This document shows, one piece after another, positions 58,797 through 64,000 of a DNA stretch of 64,000 nt (within the stretch, counting starts at the first letter, position 1; every line of letters begins with the position of its first letter). The stretch is from positions 19,254 through 83,253 of the forward strand of contig CAJUOV010000008.1 of NCBI GenBank assembly GCA_910588695.1. Direction: 5' to 3'. The position numbers and the translations under genes are program-made. This DNA is from an uncultured Christensenellaceae bacterium. Its GTDB lineage: Bacteria > Bacillota > Clostridia > Christensenellales > Borkfalkiaceae. The notes below the pieces were generated by a model. That model saw nothing but the letters and a program-made list of their open reading frames with translations. It was not told the DNA's origin and ran no database searches.

Positions 58797-59627
58797 TTAC
58801 TTTCCTTCTTTTTGATAATTTCGGATAAAATCCGTCTTGACCGCTCCTTTGCGAAACCCTACGATCCCGTCGAGATTCACATTATGCAAAGCGCGGAACA
58901 AATTGTTCGCCGCTTCGGGATTGCTTTTTTCCATTTCGGCAAGCAGCCGCTTCATTTCCCGCCGCTTGCTCTCGTCCTCTTTTTCGGCCGCCCGCTCGGT
59001 AAAACGGCAGGCGCAGTTCAGAAAGGAAAGTTCGTTGTAATTCGCCCATGCCTTGATGTCCCTCTCCCGAACCGAATAGAGCGGACGGATCAGCTCCATC
59101 CCCTCGTGACTCGTAGAACGCAGTTTAGGCAACATCGTCTTGACCTCCGCGCCGTAGAACATGCTCAATAGGGCGGTCTCAACCATATCGTCGAAATGGT
59201 GCCCGAGCGCAATTTTATTGCAGCCGAGTTTTTTCGCCTCTTCATATAAAAATCCGCGGCGCATTCTTGCGCACAGATAACAAGGCGAGCCGCACTCCAC
59301 AGAGTCGACGACCTCGAAGATATTGCTTTGAAATACGTGCAGCCCGATCCCGAGCGCGCGGGCGTTTTCCTCGATAAGAATGCGGTTCTTTTCGGAATAG
59401 CCGGGATCCATCTGAATGAATTTCAGTCCGAAACGGTACTTCCCATGCAGATGAATTTCCTGCATGCATTTGGCGAGCAGAAAAGAATCTTTCCCTCCCG
59501 AAATGCATACGGCAATCTCGTCCCCCTCCGAAATAAGGTCATAGCCTTTGACGCTTTTGACAAAATTGCACCAGATTTCTTTGCGGAATTTTTTGATGAT
59601 GGAACGCTCGGCTTCTGCCTGTGTCAT
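58797..59627 (-). CDS. ttcA: PP-loop ATPase, tRNA 2-thiocytidine synthetase TtcA-like
   Basis: I prefer the start at ATG 59627 (MTQAEAERSIIKKFRKE...), 2 nt after the upstream stop. It has an SGGKDS PP-loop and Cys motifs GSPCYLC and CAC. Confidence 0.75.
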   Translation of the reverse strand: MTQAEAERSIIKKFRKEIWCNFVKSVKGYDLISEGDEIAVCISGGKDSFLLAKCMQEIHLHGKYRFGLKFIQMDPGYSEKNRILIEENARALGIGLHVFQSNIFEVVDSVECGSPCYLCARMRRGFLYEEAKKLGCNKIALGHHFDDMVETALLSMFYGAEVKTMLPKLRSTSHEGMELIRPLYSVRERDIKAWANYNELSFLNCACRFTERAAEKEDESKRREMKRLLAEMEKSNPEAANNLFRALHNVNLDGIVGFRKGAVKTDFIRNYQKEGK

Positions 59628-59629
59628 AA

Positions 59630-60484
59630 CTACTTCTCCGAAGAATTGAGATAGGCTTTTACGGAATACGCCGCCGCGCAACCCTCGCCCGCCGCTTTGA
59701 CAAACTGATACGGTTTTCCCGTAACGTCGCCAGCCGCAAACAAGCCGACAAGATTCGAAGATAAATCGCGGCTTACGATCACATGCGCGCCCTCCGTTTT
59801 TAGCCCGCCGCAAAGCGAAGACGGAGGAGCCGATTTTCCCAAAAGAAATACGCCGTCCACTTCATATTCCGCGCGATCGGTAATAAACTTTTCGAGGCGG
59901 AAATTTCCCGATAACGACTTGGGTCTCTCTTTGATAACGCGGATATTTTCCGCTTTGAACGTTACGGAGAGATCGGTAAAGAGAAGCACTTCCCGCGCAA
60001 ATCCCGCAAGATACTCCGCTTCCTCTTTTTCCTCTTCCGCATAGAGTACGGCGGCAATGCGTTTTCCCTGATAGAGCGCGCCGTCGCAGACTGCGCAATA
60101 GCTCAGCCCTCTTCCCACGAACTCATCGCCGAACCCGCCCGAAAGTTCCACGCCCGTCGCGAGAATGACCGCGCGCGAAGAAAAGCTCTCTTTCCCCGCC
60201 GTAAGCGTAAAACCGGATTTTTCTTTATAGATCCCGTCGATGCGTTTTTCGCACAACTCGATTCCCTCGTATACCCGCTGCTCTTCGAGCGCGCGCACGA
60301 AGTCGCTTCCGTTCCCCTTGAATGCGGGATAGTTTCTGACGTATTCCGCCTTTCCGGTCTTTTTTCCGAATACCCTGTCACCCATCCATAAAAAATTCAA
60401 TTTCAGATTTTTTGCGGTCAAAGCCGCAGAGTATCCCGCAATGCCGCTCCCCAAGATTATCAGCTCGTATTTGATTCCGTCCAT
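59630..60484 (-). CDS. Thioredoxin-reductase-like flavoprotein lacking the NADPH-binding motif
   Basis: ATG at 60484. It has an ILGSGIAG FAD motif, a CAVCDG redox-active dithiol and GLFAAGD. The region where TrxB carries GGGDSA reads AAVLYAEEEKEEAEYL. Confidence 0.7.
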   Translation of the reverse strand: MDGIKYELIILGSGIAGYSAALTAKNLKLNFLWMGDRVFGKKTGKAEYVRNYPAFKGNGSDFVRALEEQRVYEGIELCEKRIDGIYKEKSGFTLTAGKESFSSRAVILATGVELSGGFGDEFVGRGLSYCAVCDGALYQGKRIAAVLYAEEEKEEAEYLAGFAREVLLFTDLSVTFKAENIRVIKERPKSLSGNFRLEKFITDRAEYEVDGVFLLGKSAPPSSLCGGLKTEGAHVIVSRDLSSNLVGLFAAGDVTGKPYQFVKAAGEGCAAAYSVKAYLNSSEK

Positions 60485-60511
60485 ATTCCGAGTATCCGTC
60501 CTTTGAAAAGT

Positions 60512-60540
60512 ATTATAACAACTATCCGTAAATTTGTCAA
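60512..60540 (-). promoter_or_regulatory. Promoter of the TrxR-like/ttcA operon
   Basis: Reverse strand reads TTGACA-N17-TATAAT (perfect consensus). Confidence 0.7.
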
Positions 60541-60582
60541 TCAAGTTATATCTTTCCCGCAAAACAGGAATAATCGGCGAAG

Positions 60583-61107
60583 ATGAAACTGTCTGCAAAA
60601 AAAATCGCCTTTCTCTCGCTTCTGACGGGACTGGGGCTAATCTCCTTCCTGCTCGAACAGGCGTTCCCTTCGCCGATCGCCGGAACAAAACTCGGGATTT
60701 CAAACTTGTTTTCTCTTTTTGCGCTCGTATTCGCCGGCTATCGGGGAGCCATTCTCGTCACGCTGTCGCGCACTGTCTTGGGTAGCCTCTTTGCGGGAAA
60801 TCCTTCTCTGATCATATACAGTCTGACGGCGGGGATCGCCAGCGTCACTCTGTCGCGTTTCCTTCTCTTCTTTCGCAAGAGAATCAGTTTCGTGGCGGTG
60901 AGCGTCGCCTCGGCGGTTTCGCATAACGCCGTTCAGCTTCTGATCTACTCGTTGCTCTCCGGCGTTCCGCTTCGGGAGTATCTGCCTTTTCTCGCGCTGT
61001 CCGGAAGCGTCGCGGGCGCATTCGTCGGACTCTCGTTCGTATATGCCATGAAATTCTTATCCCGCACTGCGGAATTCCGCGCATTCAGGGAGGGCGTCGC
61101 CGCATGA
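60583..61107 (+). CDS. Gx-transporter-family membrane protein (heptaprenyl-diphosphate-synthase-component-I-like, PF07456 from memory)
   Basis: 174 aa with about 5 TM helices. Contains KLGISNLFSLFAL...LGSLFAGN. Its stop overlaps the rnfC start (ATGA). Confidence 0.6.
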   Translation: MKLSAKKIAFLSLLTGLGLISFLLEQAFPSPIAGTKLGISNLFSLFALVFAGYRGAILVTLSRTVLGSLFAGNPSLIIYSLTAGIASVTLSRFLLFFRKRISFVAVSVASAVSHNAVQLLIYSLLSGVPLREYLPFLALSGSVAGAFVGLSFVYAMKFLSRTAEFRAFREGVAA

Positions 61108-62354
61108 ACGCTTATTCCGGAAAAAGATTCCGCGGCGGAATCAGACTCTCTTCCGAGAAACTCTCCCGCTCCCTTCCGATCGAAAAAATCCAACCGCCCG
61201 ACAAAGTGACCATTCCGCTCGGAAACGCGCGCGCAATCGTAAAGACGGGCGACCGCGTCTGTCGCGGAGAACTTATCGCAAGGCGCGAAGGGAAATTTTC
61301 CGCAAACGTGCACGCCAGCGTTTCGGGAATCGTGATTCTCACGGAGGCGCGCGACGAGGGAGACTATCTCGTTATCGAAAACGACTTTTCTGCGCGCAAC
61401 CGCTTTTCAGAGCCCCTCCGCTCCCCCACGCCCATACAGATCGCGGAGCGGATCGAGGAAGCGGGAATCGTAGGCATGGGCGGAGCCGGTTTTCCCACGG
61501 CGGTAAAAGTTTCGGGCGGAAAGAATATCGATATTCTGCTGCTCAACGGTGCGGAATGCGAACCCTACCTGACGGCGGACGATCGGATCATGCGCGAACG
61601 CGCTCCGGAAATCGTGCGCGGCGGACAGTATCTTGCGCGCGCAGTCGGAGCAAAACGAATCGTCGCGGCGATCGAAAAGAACAAACCGGAGGCGATCTCG
61701 CTCTTTGAAAAAACAGAACTCGAAGTCTGTGTTCTGAACGAACGCTATCCCGCGGGAAGCGAAAAACAGCTTATATATTCGGCGACGGGGCGCAAAGTTC
61801 CGCCGACACGATTTCCCGCAGACATAGGGGTGCTTGTGCAGAACGTGGCGACTGCGCTTGCGGTAAAAGAAGCCGTAGAAGAGGGCAAACCGCTTATAGA
61901 GCGGGTCGTCACACTCTCGGGTAAGGGCGCGATCCCCAAAAATCTGCTCTGTCCGATCGGCACTCCCCTCTCTTCGTTTTTTCCTTTTGTAAACGCAAAC
62001 GCCGACTCCGTGCGCGTTTTGGACGGCGGGATCATGACGGGTACGCGGGTCGGACGAAACGCCGCGGTCGCCAAGACGACGGGCGGATTTCTGTTTCTGA
62101 CCAAAGACGAAATCAACGACGCGCTTCCGACGCCCTGCATCAACTGCGGAAAGTGCGCCTCCGTCTGTCCCATGCGGCTGATGCCCATGCAAATCGAATT
62201 TTATGCGGGAACAGGGAATTTCACGCTCGCCCAGAAATACGGCGGTGTGCTCGCTTGTATCGGCTGCGGGGCATGCTCCTATATTTGTCCCGCCCGCAGA
62301 CCGCTGAACGAAGCGATCCGCCTTGCAAAAAACGAATTGAGGAGAAAGGTATGA
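61104..62354 (+). CDS. rnfC: Rnf electron transport complex subunit C
   Basis: GMGGAGFPT, LNGAECEPYLT and two ferredoxin motifs (CINCGKCASVCP, CIGCGACSYICP). Confidence 0.9.
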   Translation: MNAYSGKRFRGGIRLSSEKLSRSLPIEKIQPPDKVTIPLGNARAIVKTGDRVCRGELIARREGKFSANVHASVSGIVILTEARDEGDYLVIENDFSARNRFSEPLRSPTPIQIAERIEEAGIVGMGGAGFPTAVKVSGGKNIDILLLNGAECEPYLTADDRIMRERAPEIVRGGQYLARAVGAKRIVAAIEKNKPEAISLFEKTELEVCVLNERYPAGSEKQLIYSATGRKVPPTRFPADIGVLVQNVATALAVKEAVEEGKPLIERVVTLSGKGAIPKNLLCPIGTPLSSFFPFVNANADSVRVLDGGIMTGTRVGRNAAVAKTTGGFLFLTKDEINDALPTPCINCGKCASVCPMRLMPMQIEFYAGTGNFTLAQKYGGVLACIGCGACSYICPARRPLNEAIRLAKNELRRKV

Positions 62355-63328
62355 CGCTCCCCCCGCACAACAAAACAAAGCGAACGACACGCTTTATCAT
62401 GCTCGACGCAGTAATCGCGCTCCTTCCCGCCTGCATCGCAGGAACGGTGTTCTTCGGCTGGCACGCCGCGTTAACCATCTTTCTCTCCGTATTGTCCGCC
62501 TTTTGTTTCGATCTCATTTATTATTTGATTACGCACAAAGTATGGAAATGCCCCGCCAAAACCTTTCGCGGTTATTTTGAAGCATTCGATTTTACCCAGA
62601 TCATTACGGGGCTGCTGCTTGCGCTCAGTCTGCCCGCCTCCGTAAAAAGCTGGTATTTACCCGTGGTCGGCAGCGCATTTGCGATTCTCGCAGTCAAAGC
62701 GGCGTTCGGAGGTACGGGAAAAAATATCGTAAATCCGGCGATCGCAGGCAGAGTGTTTTTGTTTGTCTGCTTCACCGCGACCGCCTTCTATCCCGCGCCC
62801 ATGGCGGGTAACGCGCCCGTAACGGGCGCAACGCAGCTGCAATCTTTGCTTGCGGGAGAAACGACTCTTCCGCTCATCGATCTGTTCACGGGAAACAAGG
62901 TCGCGGGATGTCTGGGGGAAACCTGCAAGCCCGCTCTTCTTTTGGGGGGCGTTTACCTCGCTGCGCGCGGCGTGATCAAATGGTATCTGCCTCTTCTTCT
63001 GCTCGGCGCGGAAGGGCTGACCGCCGTCGCTTTACAGGGAAGTTTTTCGGTATTTCTTCCCTCGCTGTTTACGGGCGGACTCATGCTCGGCGCAATCTTT
63101 ATGGCAACCGATTATGTGACCGCGCCCAAAAGTTTTTGGGGGAAGCTCGTCTATTTTCCGCTCGTCGGAATCATAATAGCCGTAACACGCTATTTTGCGC
63201 AGACCGAGACGACTTCTTTCGTTATTCTGATCATGAACTTTGCGGTATATCCGATCGACGCCGCAATCTTTGCCCGTCCTTTCGGAAGCGAAAAAAGGAG
63301 GAAACCGCATGAAAAAAATCCTGTTTGA
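62351..63328 (+). CDS. rnfD: Rnf complex subunit D
   Basis: ATG at 62351 after GAGGAGAAAGG, overlapping the rnfC stop. It is a polytopic membrane protein with a VTGATQL segment (flavinylation-type SGAT-like motif). Confidence 0.85.
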   Translation: MTLPPHNKTKRTTRFIMLDAVIALLPACIAGTVFFGWHAALTIFLSVLSAFCFDLIYYLITHKVWKCPAKTFRGYFEAFDFTQIITGLLLALSLPASVKSWYLPVVGSAFAILAVKAAFGGTGKNIVNPAIAGRVFLFVCFTATAFYPAPMAGNAPVTGATQLQSLLAGETTLPLIDLFTGNKVAGCLGETCKPALLLGGVYLAARGVIKWYLPLLLLGAEGLTAVALQGSFSVFLPSLFTGGLMLGAIFMATDYVTAPKSFWGKLVYFPLVGIIIAVTRYFAQTETTSFVILIMNFAVYPIDAAIFARPFGSEKRRKPHEKNPV

Positions 63329-64000
63329 AACGACCGCCCTGCTCTATTTCGTAATTGCGGCGGCGGCAATTTCGATTCTGTGCGCCACCGCTCTGCGGGT
63401 AGACCGCGAGGAACGGGAAATCCGCGCCGTGGAATTTATCTACGGCGCGGGCGCGGACGGGATCGAAATACCCGTCGATAAGACTTTTTCGGAAAGCGCG
63501 TACGGCGCCGCCGAACAGGCGTATCTGCTCAAAGACGGCAACTATCTTATCAAATCAACAGGCTATAACGGCTTCAAAAACGGAACGGTCACGCTCTGGA
63601 CGGCGCTCGCCTGCACGGGAAACGCCGCCGACGGAACGCTGATTTTTCACGGAATCAAAAACGTCACGATGGATTCGAGCCGCAAGCAAAGTTATATTTT
63701 CCGCGTCAAGAATGATTTTTACAGCGAATTTACCCTGCATGACGAGGAAGTTCTGCAAGGTAAGCGCTTTTCCGCTTCCCGCGACGGAAACATTTACAAT
63801 CTCGCCGCGGGAGCGTCCCACTCCTCCGCCGCGATCAACAACGCGGTCAACGCCGCGCTCGTCTGGTTTGAAAGGCAGATTCTTCAAAAAGAACAAGGCG
63901 AAAAATATGCTTTCGAAACTTTTATCGACCTTGAAAAAACGAGCGCACTTGTTTCTGAGAATAATATCGAATATCGGATCGTCACAAAGCCGAATTCTCC
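63309..64000 (+). CDS. rnfG: Rnf complex subunit G-like FMN-binding protein (partial, runs off the right edge)
   Basis: ATG at 63309 gives MKKILFETTALLYFVIAAAAISIL (TM anchor), then GYNGFKNG..TLW and AAGASHSSAAINNAVNAAL (FMN_bind-like). It is absent from the ORF track because it has no stop in the window. Confidence 0.65.
   Translation, partial: MKKILFETTALLYFVIAAAAISILCATALRVDREEREIRAVEFIYGAGADGIEIPVDKTFSESAYGAAEQAYLLKDGNYLIKSTGYNGFKNGTVTLWTALACTGNAADGTLIFHGIKNVTMDSSRKQSYIFRVKNDFYSEFTLHDEEVLQGKRFSASRDGNIYNLAAGASHSSAAINNAVNAALVWFERQILQKEQGEKYAFETFIDLEKTSALVSENNIEYRIVTKPNS

Noticed and set aside
61407-62390. 327-aa minus-strand ORF
   Set aside because: Antisense shadow of rnfC.

Overview
This is a chromosomal segment of a moderately GC-rich Firmicute, most likely class Clostridia. 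That call rests on the Rnf complex, MinD/MinE, Bacillus-like 'ylo-region' gene order, TTGACA/TATAAT promoters and GGAGG Shine-Dalgarno sites. I call about 60 protein genes and 3 tRNAs (Thr-GGU, Thr-CGU, Ser-UGA). I see no rRNA, CRISPR array, transposase or integrase.

Layout:
- 1-8.8 kb: an arabinofuranoside utilisation locus. It holds GH51 abfA, a sugar ABC transporter, a lipoprotein, a divergent ArsR-type regulator and a GH127 beta-L-arabinofuranosidase.
- 9-50.5 kb: an almost uninterrupted minus-strand block of housekeeping genes. In order these are clpB, tyrS, recG, yloV, asp23, rpe, rlmN, rsmB, fmt, def, priA, rpoZ, gmk, yicC, ligA, pcrA, rpsU, tsaD, prfB, secA and trkHA.
- 50.5-52.3 kb: an AT-rich, gene-poor patch around tRNA-Ser. 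It holds tandem repeats, an orphan ribbon-helix-helix gene and decayed tRNA-Ser copies.
- 52.3-64 kb: minDE, a MarR plus MacB-like ABC exporter, a CNNM transporter, ttcA with a TrxR-like flavoprotein, and the start of an rnf operon.

I found no clear multi-gene novel system. The observations most worth a second look are:
- a family of ~110-125 nt imperfect-palindrome elements placed directly after the stop codons of three minus-strand genes
- the repeat, RHH and tRNA-Ser patch
- two paralogous ArsR-HTH fusion regulators, one with a paired palindromic operator
- a DeoC-fold protein that has lost the aldolase catalytic lysines
- a TrxR-like flavoprotein without an NADPH-binding motif, next to ttcA and rnf

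All family calls come from reading motifs by eye. No searches were run.
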